A program made the position numbers and the translations under genes. The notes beneath the pieces were generated by a model. It ran no database searches and had not been told where the DNA came from. It saw only the letters and a list, made by a program, of their open reading frames with translations. Positions 21,432 to 32,304 of a stretch of DNA of 64,000 nt are shown piece by piece. The DNA is from an uncultured delta proteobacterium (GTDB taxonomy: Bacteria; Myxococcota_A; Polyangia; Polyangiales; Polyangiaceae). The stretch spans positions 224,001-288,000 of the forward strand of contig CAWJCS010000003.1 of assembly GCA_963841435.1 (NCBI GenBank), in the 5' to 3' direction. The first letter of the stretch is position 1. Every line of letters starts with the position of its first letter.

Positions 21432-22907
21432 GCCACGTACTCGTAGTACTCGACCCCGAGGTCCTGGAACGCCGGGTCGTAGCTCTTGCCGACGCGCGCG
21501 ATGCAAAACTCGCGGCTCGGCCGGTACGTGAGGTTGGGCACGTCGTGCCCGTCGTGCAACGCCTCGTATTGCCCGCGATCGAGGTCGATGCCGCCCGACA
21601 GCGCGCGAGCAAAGCCAATGCGCGATGCGGCCGCGGTCCAGCCGGGAACGACGGAGAACGGGAGCGCCTCGGCGGCGTCGCCGCTGCCGTAGCCCACGGC
21701 GACGAGCGGCGCGCCTTCGAGCTCGACGGCACCCGTCGCTGCTTGCTCGAGGCCGGCCGCGATCCAAGCGGGGAGCGCTGCGCTGTAGAGATTACCGAGG
21801 TCCTTCGCGGCCTCCGACCCGAGGCTCATCTTCCTGGCGAGCAGCTCGCGGAAGGCCGCACGCTTGCGTAGCGTGCTCGCCGCGGCGCTCGTCGCAAGGT
21901 ACGGGTCCGCTCCCGTGCCCCCCAGGAGCAGTTGCGCGTACAAGTCCGGCGAAGAGACGGTTTCGGCGAGCACGTCCTCGACACGAACGCCCGCCTCGCT
22001 GCAGAGCTCGCGGAGCTCGTCGTGGCGATGGTCGCCGCGCGCGAGCCCTCGCACGTAGAGAAACGACATCGCCTGGACCGGCATGAGGTGATACGGCCGG
22101 TGGAAGAAGAGCGCGGCGACTTTTTCGTAGTAGGCGCCCGCCGAGACGTTCGAGCCTGTGCAGCATGTCCTCGACGGCGTGCACGGTCTCGTCGATGTAG
22201 GAAAACGTCGAGTATTTCCCGCTGAAAACCGGGAAATCCGCGCCGCGCCGCGTGTTCTTCGCGTACTCCTCGCTGAAGTGACGCGCGAAGGGCTTGCGAA
22301 AATCCGGGCCGCGGTAGTCGGAGGCTGTACCCGCGTGAGCGAGGTCGACCGCGAAGAGCCGCGGCCTCCGCTCGACGAGCAAGGCGACGGCGCCGGCGCC
22401 TTGCGTCTGCTCGCCCGTGCTGCCGCGCTCGTATTCCGCAACGTCGGCACTCACGACGATCGCGAGCCGGTCCGCTCCGTCGCATTGCGCGTAGCGGAGC
22501 GCGCTCTTCAGCGCGTACACACCCCCGAGACAGGCGTGCTTGAACTCGGGCACCTCGAGGTGCCGCGAGAGGCGGGGCAGGCCGAGCGCTTCGAGCGCGC
22601 GGTCGACCATGCCGCGCACGATCACGGCACCAGCCGCATTGTCCGTGCTCGATTCCGTACCGAGCCCGAGAAAGCCCACCTTCTGCGGATCGACGCCGTT
22701 GTCGCGGATCAGCGCGAGCACGGCGTTGGCGGCCATGGTGTAGACGTTCTGGTGCCGACCCGGGACGCGGAAGCTCCGCCCGACGACAGCGCTGATCTTG
22801 TCCCAATTATTCCCGGTCCATTGGCACCAGCTTTCGAGTGGCACGCGAAAGGGTGGGACGTAGAGGCTCATGGCGCTGACGCCGCAAAGACCCTGCTCGG
22901 AGGACAT
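21428..22907 (-). pseudogene. Hydroxymethylglutaryl-CoA synthase family protein, frameshifted near 22150
   Basis: GTESSTD, KHACLGG, GEQTQGAGA in the first frame; FHRPY, GNLYSA, GYGSG in the second. Confidence 0.85.
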
Positions 22908-23080
22908 GGCCGGAGCGTTTAGCACGGCGCGTTCCGGCATTCAGCCGTCGAGCCGAGAGTCCCGAGCCCGGCGCCCGAAAACCGGGCGAGCCCGCGCTTG
23001 AGCGTCGGCCCGCGACCGACCAGACTCCTCGCCGACACCTTTTTCCGTCGCACGGGAAACTACCCTCGTCACGCTTCGAC

Positions 23081-23722
23081 ATGAACTTCGTCGGACACGT
23101 CGCTCTCGCTGCTCGCTTCTCGGACGAGCCAGCCTTTTTCCTCGGGGCCATGCTGCCCGACTTCTCGAGCATGCTCGGCGTGCGGGCTCCCGATCGCGTG
23201 CCCGGAGCGCTCGGCGAGGGCATCCGCTTCCACCACCTCACGGACGAGGTGTTTCACGCGCTGCCGTGGTTCACCGAGCTGCAAGGTGAGGCGTTGCGCT
23301 TTTTGCGTGCGCGTGGCGTCGCGGCCGGCACGCGGCGCGCCGTGGCGCACGTCGGCGTCGAGCTCCTCCTGGATGCCGAGCTCGCCGAGGATCCCCGGAC
23401 GCGCGCGGCGTACCTCGGCGGCCTCAGCGCCGGGCGCGACCCGACCGTCCTTGGCTCGCTACCCTGGCCCGCCGTCCAGCGGGCACGCCTCCAGCGACTC
23501 GCCGCGATACTAGAAGAGCGAAGTGACAGTGCAAAAGCCGGCGCCGCCGTCGTGGTCGAGCGCCTGGCGCGCGCGCTTTCGAGCCACCCGCGGCTCGCGG
23601 TGGGACCAGACGCGCTAAAACCCGTGACGGACTGGGTTGAGCTGGGCCGCGCGCGTGTCGTAGCATCCGCGCCGGTGCTCGTTGCCAACCTCGCGCAAGC
23701 CATCGCCGGGCGTTTCACCTGA
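23081..23722 (+). CDS. Hypothetical protein, AcpH (ACP phosphodiesterase)-like N-terminus
   Basis: MNFxxH, LGxMLPD, GIRFHHLTDEVFH. Confidence 0.6.
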   Translation: MNFVGHVALAARFSDEPAFFLGAMLPDFSSMLGVRAPDRVPGALGEGIRFHHLTDEVFHALPWFTELQGEALRFLRARGVAAGTRRAVAHVGVELLLDAELAEDPRTRAAYLGGLSAGRDPTVLGSLPWPAVQRARLQRLAAILEERSDSAKAGAAVVVERLARALSSHPRLAVGPDALKPVTDWVELGRARVVASAPVLVANLAQAIAGRFT

Positions 23723-24350
23723 ACGGGCGTCCCCCGCGACCCGCGGGAAGCGCGTGCTCGTGGCGGTGCTCCTCGGGGTCGCCGCGCTCGTGCACACGGC
23801 GCCCGGCGCCGCGCAGATCAAGCAGCCCGGCGCGCATCCGCACTACGCGGTCGAGCTCGATCCGCACTTCGTGATCCAGCATTCCCAGCGCCCGTTCGGC
23901 AGTGCGGGGATCGGACTCGGTCTACGCGCGGCCGTGCCCTTCGTGCACAACGGCCCCGTTCCGCAGATCAACAACAACATCGGCATCAGCTTCGGCATCG
24001 ACTGGGTCCACTTCGGAGACGACGACGTGTGCCGCGTGCGCGGTGGTGTGCCGTTCTTTCCCGACCGGTGCAGTGGCGCGAACGTCTGGTTGCCCGCAAC
24101 CGCCGAGTGGAGCTTCTTCTTCACACCCGTCGTGAGCGTGTTCGCCGACGTGGGTCTCGCGCTACAATACGAGCACTGGTCGTGGGCCGGGGTCTGCAAC
24201 GGCGGCACGTGCAACACCTCGGACTCGAACGTGGACGTCGAGTTCGTGAGCTGGGTCGGTGGCCGATTCCTCGTGTTCGGCGATCGCGCGGGCTTCACGG
24301 TCCGCCTCGGTTGGCCCTACGTCGCCTTGGGCGGCGCCGTCCTGTTCTAA
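23682..24350 (+). CDS. Hypothetical exported / outer-membrane protein (start uncertain)
   Basis: Signal peptide, beta-strand pattern, terminal Phe. Confidence 0.6.
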   Translation: MPTSRKPSPGVSPERASPATRGKRVLVAVLLGVAALVHTAPGAAQIKQPGAHPHYAVELDPHFVIQHSQRPFGSAGIGLGLRAAVPFVHNGPVPQINNNIGISFGIDWVHFGDDDVCRVRGGVPFFPDRCSGANVWLPATAEWSFFFTPVVSVFADVGLALQYEHWSWAGVCNGGTCNTSDSNVDVEFVSWVGGRFLVFGDRAGFTVRLGWPYVALGGAVLF

Positions 24351-24372
24351 AACAGCTATTTTCGAGCCTGCC

Positions 24373-25158
24373 GTGGAACGCGACCGCCCCCAGCCGAGCA
24401 ACATCGCAACGACCATCTTCCGCGAGATGCGCCGTCGCATTCTGTCCGGCGAGCTTTCGCCCGGCGAGCGCCTGCCCGGCGAGCGAGAGCTCGCCACCGA
24501 GTACCGCACCAACCGCAACACGCTACGTGAGGCCGTGCGGCGCCTCGAGCAAGCGCGACTCGTCACCGTGCGGCACGGGCAGGGTGTCACCGTCGCCGAT
24601 TTCCGCAAGAGCGGCACGCTCGAGCTGCTCGCGCCGTTCCTCGAGTCGGCCGCCGAGCTCGGCGAGAGTGTCCACATGCTCGAGGACATCCTCCGCGCGC
24701 GGCTCCTCGTCCTCGAATTCGCCACGCGGCTCGCCGCCGAGCGCGCAGACAAGGAAGACACCGCGCGCCTGCGCGACATCACCGAGCTCGTGATCGCGGC
24801 TTTCGAGCGGCAAGATCCGGTCTTGATTGGCCACGGCTTTCAACGCTGGCTCGACGCGCTCGTGGACTCGAGCCACTCGGTGGCCGTGCGCTGGATCGCG
24901 AATCCGTTCCTGGAAGCGTACCGAGAAATCATCGATCGCTTCCCGACGCTCTGGGTGCTCGAGCCGAGCTTTCCGCAGTATTTGCGCGAATTCGGCGCCG
25001 CGCTCGAGAGCGCCGACACGGAGCGCGCCATCGGGCTCACGCGCGCCTACTATCAGCGCGTGGACCGTGCCTTCATGCAGGCGCTCGCCGGTTTGATGAT
25101 CGAGCTCAAGAGCGCGCCGTTCGCTGCGCCCGTGGCCGAGGACGAGACCAGGCACTAG
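24373..25158 (+). CDS. GntR/FadR-family transcriptional regulator
   Basis: GELSPGERLPGERELA..Y..NRNTLREA, RHGQG. Confidence 0.9.
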   Translation: MERDRPQPSNIATTIFREMRRRILSGELSPGERLPGERELATEYRTNRNTLREAVRRLEQARLVTVRHGQGVTVADFRKSGTLELLAPFLESAAELGESVHMLEDILRARLLVLEFATRLAAERADKEDTARLRDITELVIAAFERQDPVLIGHGFQRWLDALVDSSHSVAVRWIANPFLEAYREIIDRFPTLWVLEPSFPQYLREFGAALESADTERAIGLTRAYYQRVDRAFMQALAGLMIELKSAPFAAPVAEDETRH

Positions 25159-25173
25159 GGGAGGCTCGGTCGC

Positions 25174-26325
25174 ATGGCGCTCGCTCTCGCTCGCGTCGTC
25201 GCCCTGGTCGAGGCGCTGGCGCCGCTCCAGCATGCCGAAAGCTGGGACAACGTGGGGCTCTTGCTCGAGCCCGCGGGCGATCGCCGCCGCCCGCACGAGG
25301 AGCCCGAGATCGAGCGGGTGCTGCTCACGATCGATCTCACCGACGCCGTGCTCGACGAGCTCTCGTCGCTCGACGTGGACCTCGTCGTCGCGTACCACCC
25401 GCCGCTCTTCCACCCTCTCAAACGCCTCCGCGCCTCGGTGCCTGCCGAGCGGCGCGTGCTCGCGCTCGCGCGCGCCGGCATTGCCCTTCATTCGCCACAC
25501 ACGGCGCTCGACGCCGCACCCGGTGGCGTCAACGACTGGCTTTCGTCGGGCCTCGGTCCCGGCGACCGCGCGCCGCTCGTCGTCCTATCGACCCACGATC
25601 CGGCGCTCGAGCTCAAGCTCGTCACGTTCGTGCCCGAGAGCGACGTGGAGCGCGTCGCCTCCGCGCTCGCAAAGGCCGGCGCCGGCGTGATCGGCGAGTA
25701 CACCGAGTGCTCGAGCCGAGCGGAAACGACGGGGACGTTTCGCGGCAGCGAGCGGGCAAATCCCGCCGTGGGCGCGCGCGGACAGCTCGAGCGCGTGAGC
25801 GAAATCCGGCTCGAGATGGTGTGTCCGAAAAGCGCGCTCACGCGCGTCGCCGAGGTGATGCGCGACGTGCACCCCTACGAGGAGCCGGCCTTCGACCTCT
25901 ACCCGCTCGTGCCGCACCCCGCGCTCGGAACCGGCATCGCCCGCCGAGTCACGCTGAGCGACCCTGCGCCGCTCGCGACGCTCGTCGAGCGGCTCAAGGC
26001 GCACATCAATGTTCCGTCGCTGCGCGTGGCTGCCACGCCCGAACACGCTCGCGGTGCGGCGCTCGCCCGCGCGCTCGTGTGCGCCGGCTCGGGCGGCAGC
26101 GTGCTCCGCGACGCGCCCGCTGCCGATCTGGTCGTGACCGGCGAGCTTTCGCACCACGCCGTGCTCGAGCAGCTCTCGCGCGGCACGAGCGTCGTCCTTT
26201 GCGAGCACTCGAGCTCGGAGCGGGGCTATCTGCCGAGCTTCGCCGAGCGCCTGCGCGAGGCTGCGGGCGGTGCGATCGCCACGTTCGTCTCGGCCGAGGA
26301 CCGCGAGCCCCTCGAGCGCTGGTGA
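25174..26325 (+). CDS. Nif3-like dinuclear metal protein with YqfO/PII-like insertion
   Basis: WDNVGL, YHPPLF, HTALD, HPYEEPAFD, GELSHH, EHSSSE. Confidence 0.9.
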   Translation: MALALARVVALVEALAPLQHAESWDNVGLLLEPAGDRRRPHEEPEIERVLLTIDLTDAVLDELSSLDVDLVVAYHPPLFHPLKRLRASVPAERRVLALARAGIALHSPHTALDAAPGGVNDWLSSGLGPGDRAPLVVLSTHDPALELKLVTFVPESDVERVASALAKAGAGVIGEYTECSSRAETTGTFRGSERANPAVGARGQLERVSEIRLEMVCPKSALTRVAEVMRDVHPYEEPAFDLYPLVPHPALGTGIARRVTLSDPAPLATLVERLKAHINVPSLRVAATPEHARGAALARALVCAGSGGSVLRDAPAADLVVTGELSHHAVLEQLSRGTSVVLCEHSSSERGYLPSFAERLREAAGGAIATFVSAEDREPLERW

Positions 26326-26423
26326 AAGCTCTCGAGAAGGGGACGCGTCCCGAATCGCCACGCACGGGCTCGCCTCGAAAAGGGGCACGCCCGCGAGCCT
26401 GCCCCCGTGTGCTAAAGCGGCGG

Positions 26424-27086
26424 ATGGTGGCACGTTCCTTGGTCTTTTTCGCGGCACTCGTCGTCGCGCTCTCCGTTTCGGGCTGCAAGAAGAAGGAAGA
26501 GTCTGGCCTGCGTGGGAGCGGCGTGGGCGCAAAGGTCGTGCGCACCTTGCCTCCCTTCACGAGCGTGCGGGTCGGTGGCTCGTTACGCGCCGAAATCAGC
26601 GTGGGCAAGCCCGTCTCCCTGGAGCTGCGCGGGGACGACAATCTGCTGTCGCACGTCAAGCCCCGCGTCGAAGACGGCACGCTGGTGCTCGAGCCCGACC
26701 AGGTCCTCCGGACGACGCAGCCGCTCGTCGCCCGTTTCGGCGCGGAGAAGCTCGACGGCGTCGCACTCGTCGCGGCGGCGAGCGCCAACGTCGAGGGAGT
26801 GCGTGCCGAACACTTCGCCGTCAAGGGCACGGGCGGTACGCGCCTGGTCGCGAAGGGCTCGAGTCAGACGCTCGAGGTCAACGTGAAGTCTGCCGCGCGC
26901 TTCGACCTCTCGGGGTTCGCTGCAGGCGCCGCCAAGGTCACGGCGAAGGACGCCGCGAGCGTCAACCTCGGCTACCTCGAACGGCTCGACGCCACGCTGA
27001 CCGGCATGAGCCGCGTCGTCTTTCGCGGCGACCCCGTGATCAAACAGGACGTGAAGCGCCCCGCTCGGCTCCTGCGCGTTCCCTGA
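26424..27086 (+). CDS. DUF2807 (GIN domain) lipoprotein
   Basis: VSGC lipobox; GSG...R.LPPF, GDDNLL, VEDGTL. Confidence 0.75.
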   Translation: MVARSLVFFAALVVALSVSGCKKKEESGLRGSGVGAKVVRTLPPFTSVRVGGSLRAEISVGKPVSLELRGDDNLLSHVKPRVEDGTLVLEPDQVLRTTQPLVARFGAEKLDGVALVAAASANVEGVRAEHFAVKGTGGTRLVAKGSSQTLEVNVKSAARFDLSGFAAGAAKVTAKDAASVNLGYLERLDATLTGMSRVVFRGDPVIKQDVKRPARLLRVP

Positions 27087-27092
27087 GCCCGC

Positions 27093-27443
27093 TCACCAGG
27101 CGCAGCCGACCTCGTCGGGATGATCGGCGCAGTAGACCTGACGACACTGGTAGAGCCGCGCCTGCTCCCCCGAACAGGCCGAGGGTGCAGGATCGCAGAG
27201 GTCGTTCAGCTTCGCGAAGCAGTCGACGAGATCGGCGTTCTGGCTCGTGCAACCGAAGCGGTCCGCTCGAGCCGTGTCGTCCCCGCACGACTTGTCGCAG
27301 TCGCGCGTGCGCTCGTCCGGTGAGGCGTCGGGGCACTGTTTCCGATCTTCGCAGACGGATTCGCAATTCGCGCCGCAGCCGGAGACGAAACCAAGCAGGG
27401 TCAGGGCGAGGGCAAAGCCCGAGAAAACCTTCATGGATGACAC
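27093..27443 (-). CDS. Small Cys-rich lipoprotein
   Basis: VSGC lipobox and about 12 Cys in 116 aa. Confidence 0.7.
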   Translation of the reverse strand: MSSMKVFSGFALALTLLGFVSGCGANCESVCEDRKQCPDASPDERTRDCDKSCGDDTARADRFGCTSQNADLVDCFAKLNDLCDPAPSACSGEQARLYQCRQVYCADHPDEVGCAW

Positions 27444-27549
27444 GCGCGCGGTCCTATTTGGCAGGCGGAAGCCCGCTCGGCGAGAAAAATCCGAAGGTGA
27501 CTGTTGCCGCGGCGGTCGTTTGGCATCTTATTCGGGTTTCCGAGGACAG

Positions 27550-29511
27550 ATGCAGGCGGTCAAACCGGGTGCGGATCCCTTCATCGGGAGCACGGTCCCC
27601 TCCGAGCTCCGGACGGGCGTGGTGTATCGCATCGAACGCCGACTTGGCGAGGGGGGCACGGCGATCGCGTATTTTGCATCGCGTTTCGGGCCGGAGGGCA
27701 CCTCCCCCGCCGTCCTCAAGATCATCCAGCCTGCCATCATCGCACAGGCGGGCGACCGCGCCGAAATGATCGTGCGCAAGGAGGCGGTGGCGCTCGGTCG
27801 CATCAACGAGCGCGTGCCGTCTTGCCCGTCGGTCGTCAGGCTGCTCGACGCCGGCACGACCGAGTACTCGGGTCGAGGCTACGCGATGAAGCTCCCCTGG
27901 CTCGCGCTCGAGTACGTTCACGGGGGGCCGGAGGGCACCACGCTCGAAGAGCGCGTGCAGCGCACCGTTCGCGACCTCGGCTACGCGTTCCCACCGGAGC
28001 GCGCGCTCCGCTTGCTCGATCAGGTGACCGACGGGCTCACCGAAATCCACGCGGCCGGGGTCATCCACCGTGATCTGAATCCGAACAACGTGCTCTGTTG
28101 CGGGAGCGGCGCCTCGGAGATGTTCAAGATCTCCGATTTCGGAATCGCGCGGCCGCTCGGCATGCAGGCGACGTTCGGCTCGGAAGCGGTCGGCACCCCG
28201 GGTTTCGTCGCGCCCGAGCAGGTCGCAGAAGGCGCCACGGTGGGGTTCGTTGCCGACATTTTCGGCCTGGGCGCGATGTTTTACTACGTGCTCACGGGTG
28301 AGGAGCTTTTCGCCGCGTCAGGGCTCATGGCCATCGTGCACGCGCGCAGCACCGAGCGCCGGTCGATCCGTGAGGCCAAGGGCCTCTGCCCGGAGATCCG
28401 CGCCGACGCCGAGGTGTGCGACGGCATGGATCGCGCGCTCGCGCTCGCGACGTCACCCGACCCGAGCGCACGGCCGGCGACGCCACGCGCCTTCGCCGCG
28501 AGCCTGAAGAGCTGGCTCACGAGCTGTCCGCCCACGCGTCGTACGCACGTGCCCGTGGAGGCCGTGCCGGGTGCCTCCCTGCCGCGCTGGACGTTCACGG
28601 TACGGCACCCGGCGGACGAGCGCTGGTTGCTCGTGCGCATTGGCTGGGATTCCGACGGGCACGCGCTCGCGGCGACGACGGAAGGCCTCGTGTATTTCGA
28701 CGGCACCGCATGGAACGAGGTGCCGCACCAGACGCTCGGCGGCATTCGACCGATCCGCTTCGTGAGCTCGGCCGGCGCCGGACGCTGGTTGCTCGGCGGC
28801 GACGGCGGTGTCTTGGCCGAATACTCGAGGGCGGGCGTCACGCGCACGCTGCGCGGGGACGATCCGAGCGTCGTCCTGATGGACGCTTGCGGCGAGATCT
28901 CGGACCTGGCCGCCACGATCGGCGGCAAATCCGGCGAGCCACCCCTGCTCTGCGGGGTGAGCGGCGGCCGCTGGCTCAAGCCCTTGCCCGTGACGCAGGC
29001 GTCGAGCCTCGTGAGCCTCGCGCGGCTCGACGAAACGCGCTTCCTCGTGGTGGGGCGCGGCGTCAACGGCAAGGGGCTCGCCGGCATCTACACGCCCCTC
29101 CACTTTCAGTTCGACATTTTGCCACGCCCCGCCGGCCGCGCGCTCGTCGCGGCCGCGAGCCGACCCGAGCGCGAGCTGTCGTTCGCCGTCGGCTCGCAGG
29201 GTTCGATCCTGAGGCGCCACCACGAGCAGACGGAGATCGCCTACCTGCAGGAAGGCAACGACCTCGCGTCCGTGGCGATCGACGTGCTCGGGGGGGCCTG
29301 GGCGGGAGGCGCCGGGTGCCTCTGGTACGGGCCGTCGACGGAGGCCGGATGGACGAAAGTCTGGTGGAGCGCGGAATGGCGCGCACCCTTCGTCAGCATC
29401 TTCGCGGAGCCCGGGCTCGTCATCGCAGCGGCCGCGGACGGCGCCATCATCGAGGGCAGAGCCACCGCCGACCAGCGACCGAGCGGCGTCCCGTGGTCGG
29501 GCGGACAGTAG
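27550..29511 (+). CDS. Hanks-type Ser/Thr protein kinase with a C-terminal beta-propeller-like domain
   Basis: LGEGG, HRDLNPNN, DFG, GTPGFVAPE, DIFGLG. Confidence 0.88.
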   Translation: MQAVKPGADPFIGSTVPSELRTGVVYRIERRLGEGGTAIAYFASRFGPEGTSPAVLKIIQPAIIAQAGDRAEMIVRKEAVALGRINERVPSCPSVVRLLDAGTTEYSGRGYAMKLPWLALEYVHGGPEGTTLEERVQRTVRDLGYAFPPERALRLLDQVTDGLTEIHAAGVIHRDLNPNNVLCCGSGASEMFKISDFGIARPLGMQATFGSEAVGTPGFVAPEQVAEGATVGFVADIFGLGAMFYYVLTGEELFAASGLMAIVHARSTERRSIREAKGLCPEIRADAEVCDGMDRALALATSPDPSARPATPRAFAASLKSWLTSCPPTRRTHVPVEAVPGASLPRWTFTVRHPADERWLLVRIGWDSDGHALAATTEGLVYFDGTAWNEVPHQTLGGIRPIRFVSSAGAGRWLLGGDGGVLAEYSRAGVTRTLRGDDPSVVLMDACGEISDLAATIGGKSGEPPLLCGVSGGRWLKPLPVTQASSLVSLARLDETRFLVVGRGVNGKGLAGIYTPLHFQFDILPRPAGRALVAAASRPERELSFAVGSQGSILRRHHEQTEIAYLQEGNDLASVAIDVLGGAWAGGAGCLWYGPSTEAGWTKVWWSAEWRAPFVSIFAEPGLVIAAAADGAIIEGRATADQRPSGVPWSGGQ

Positions 29512-29559
29512 AGCGAGTGGCGCTGCTTCGCGGCGCGGCAGAAGCGCCCGCAGCGGCGC

Positions 29560-31467
29560 TTACTTCGGGGGCTCGACCTTGCAGGGGCCGCAGTCGAGCA
29601 CGGCCCCGCAGCCGTCGCCGCTGAAGCCGCACTCGGCGCCGAGCTCCTCGCAGGTCTGCGGGGTGCACTCGGGCGGCGGCGGTGTCTCGCCGACGCAGGC
29701 GCTGAGGTCGAAGAGCATGTAGAGCAGCACCTTCTCCTGCGCCGTGAGATCACCCGCGCAATGCTCGGGGAAGATGACGTTCGAGGCGTCGCCGACGCTC
29801 ACGTGAAAGCCGCTGTAGGCGACGCGACCGCAAACCGCGTCGTCGGGCGCGCCGTACGGCGTGTTGATCGAGAATTGCTGAACCCGCTGGTTGCCGTCTT
29901 CCTGGTACACGAACTCTTCGGCGCTCGCGCCGAGCGTGGCATTCTGGCTCCGGGGCTCGACGATCTCGAACGAGCTCGCCGGCGGCGTGGTGACGCCCTC
30001 GTTGGCCATCCAGTCCGCGAAGCTCTGGATGCGCGGGCTCGCCTGCGGCCGGCCGAGCGAGACGACGCCGGTACCGACCAGGCTCTGGCCGTCGATGTTC
30101 GTGGCCCAGGTCGCGGCCGGGCCGAGCCCCGTCGCGATGGGATCCGTCGCATCGTAGGGTGTGGCTCCGTTTTCGTGCAGCCAGGTGAACGACAGGTGGC
30201 TGCCGAACAAGCGACCGCCGCGATTCACGTACTCGCGCACCTTGTCGCCGTCGGCATCACGCTGGGTGAAGCGGGAATCGTAGCCCGCGCCCTCGCAATC
30301 GGCGATCACCATGTCGTAGCTCTGCAAGCGCGCCAGGTCCGAATAGAGCTCGGTATCCGGCGGCGTGGTGTCGTCGATGCGTGCACCGGCGCCCATCCCC
30401 GTCCCCATCATCCCCATCATCCCACCGTTGCCGCGATAAAGGTGCACGCGCGCCGGCGCCGTGCCGCCGGTGCCCGGATTGCCGAACTCGGCATCGGCAA
30501 TGCCCATTTTTTCGAGCACGCACTCGATCGCATCGACGGAGCCCGTGCTCACGGCGATGCGCGGGATGTTGACGCCGACGCCGTCTGCCATGTCGCGGGG
30601 CAGGCGCGCCGGGTTCTCGGGTAGCGTGGCGGGCAACGCGTAGGTCTGACAAGCCGCCGCCTCGGGCAGCGTGAGGGCAACGGCGCGGCGGAACCGCCCG
30701 GCCTTGACGACGAGCAAGAACTCGGAGCCGATCGGAATGTTGCCTTCGAGGGTGAAGTTGCCCGTTGCGTCGGTGAGGCCTCCGACGAGCACGGGGCCGA
30801 GGTCCTGCTCGCCGCAGCAATCGCAGCTCGTGCCGTCGGTGGGGATGCCGGCCGTGATCGCGGGCAGCGTGGTCACGTCATTCGAGCGCAGGATGTAGAC
30901 GAAGGCGTTCGGGACCCCGAGCTGGTTCGCCGCGTCCGCGTCATTCCGACCCGGCGTGATGACTCGACCGGTGAGCATGGTGAGCTGTGGGGCGGCCGAG
31001 CAATCGGGCACGTCGCCGCAGAGCGTGCAGCCCTCTCCGAGCGCGCTCTGACACACGGTCGGCGCGCCGACACCACCGGTGCACGCTTCGAGCGGACCGC
31101 AGGTGAGGCCCTCGTCCGCGCAGTCCACCTTGTTGCCGCACTCGTCAACGATGTACCCACACTCCCAGCCGAGCCCGGCACAGGTCACCGGCTCGCACTC
31201 GGGAGGGGGCGAGGGATCGGTCACGTCGATCGGCGTGGTCCCACCGACGCCGGTGCCACCGCTGCCGCCCGCCCCGCTGTCCGAGCCGCCGACGGCGGCC
31301 GCCGCCGCATCCCCACCCGTGCCGCGGCCCGTGCCGCCGCTGCCGCCCTGCAACGTGCCGAGTGTGGGAGGCGAGGCGAGGTCCGCAGAGCCCGACGAAC
31401 AGGCGAGCACGGCGCCGAGCGCCAGCGGCAAAACCCAGATGCGGTCCCTCACACGAATCCTGATCAT
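29560..31467 (-). CDS. Secreted Cys-rich lipoprotein with a carboxypeptidase-regulatory-like domain
   Basis: VLAC lipobox, Gly linker, CxPxTC..CG repeats at both ends. Confidence 0.75.
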   Translation of the reverse strand: MIRIRVRDRIWVLPLALGAVLACSSGSADLASPPTLGTLQGGSGGTGRGTGGDAAAAAVGGSDSGAGGSGGTGVGGTTPIDVTDPSPPPECEPVTCAGLGWECGYIVDECGNKVDCADEGLTCGPLEACTGGVGAPTVCQSALGEGCTLCGDVPDCSAAPQLTMLTGRVITPGRNDADAANQLGVPNAFVYILRSNDVTTLPAITAGIPTDGTSCDCCGEQDLGPVLVGGLTDATGNFTLEGNIPIGSEFLLVVKAGRFRRAVALTLPEAAACQTYALPATLPENPARLPRDMADGVGVNIPRIAVSTGSVDAIECVLEKMGIADAEFGNPGTGGTAPARVHLYRGNGGMMGMMGTGMGAGARIDDTTPPDTELYSDLARLQSYDMVIADCEGAGYDSRFTQRDADGDKVREYVNRGGRLFGSHLSFTWLHENGATPYDATDPIATGLGPAATWATNIDGQSLVGTGVVSLGRPQASPRIQSFADWMANEGVTTPPASSFEIVEPRSQNATLGASAEEFVYQEDGNQRVQQFSINTPYGAPDDAVCGRVAYSGFHVSVGDASNVIFPEHCAGDLTAQEKVLLYMLFDLSACVGETPPPPECTPQTCEELGAECGFSGDGCGAVLDCGPCKVEPPK

Positions 31468-31673
31468 GAGCCACGCGATGATACCGCGCGATGGAGCGCG
31501 GCGCGTTGTAGAAGTGGCGACGGCTCGCATTTGTGGCTCACACTTTGATCATCGACGTGCACTGGAAAAGACGACGGAGAGCGGAATGCTCTGCGGGGAG
31601 CGTCGTGTGCGCGAAAGTCGAGACGCAGCGCTTCGCGGAGCACGCACCGTCGAACTCGCCGTGTCGGTTTGCG

Positions 31674-32147
31674 TCACCCGCGGGTCATCTCGAGCATCGT
31701 CGGGCGAAACCCGTGAGCGCCGAAGAGCCGCTGTGCAGGCTCGTTGTTGACCATCGTCGAGAGCACGAGGCGCTGGGCGCCGAGCTCCTCCAGCGCCTCG
31801 ATCATCGCAACGAGCAGCCGGCGCCCGACCCCTTGCCCTCGCGCTGGCTCGTCCACGAAAACGTCGTGAATCGCGCCGTGCGCATCCAAGAGCAGGTTCC
31901 AGTCGCGCTCCTCCAGCGCTCCGTAGGCATAGCCGACCAGCGACCCCGCGCCCTCGGCGACGAGCACGACGGCTTGCTCGCGCCCGAGCTCGCGCTCGAA
32001 CCACCACGCGTACCCCTCTTCGACCCGCTCCGGCAGGAAGAAGCGCCGATGGTCGTTTTCGTGGTGGAGCCGCACCAGGCCCCCCGCGAGGCGCGCGACC
32101 CGGGGGAGATCGGCCGGGCTCGCCCGGCGCACGACGATGTCCGTCAT
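31674..32147 (-). CDS. GNAT acetyltransferase
   Basis: VFVDEPARGQGVGRRL, N..AQRLF...GF. Confidence 0.9.
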   Translation of the reverse strand: MTDIVVRRASPADLPRVARLAGGLVRLHHENDHRRFFLPERVEEGYAWWFERELGREQAVVLVAEGAGSLVGYAYGALEERDWNLLLDAHGAIHDVFVDEPARGQGVGRRLLVAMIEALEELGAQRLVLSTMVNNEPAQRLFGAHGFRPTMLEMTRG

Positions 32148-32304
32148 GCCGGGGAGTCTACGGCGATCCCTGGCCGCCGGGACTTCCGCCGGGGCCACCA
32201 GGGGTCGCGCGGGGAGCATCGCCGCCAAACCCGAGGGCTCCCGGCTGGCACATGCTCTGCACGGTTGGGCCGCCATGCGCTCAACGTCCACCGCGGTCGC
32301 CATC

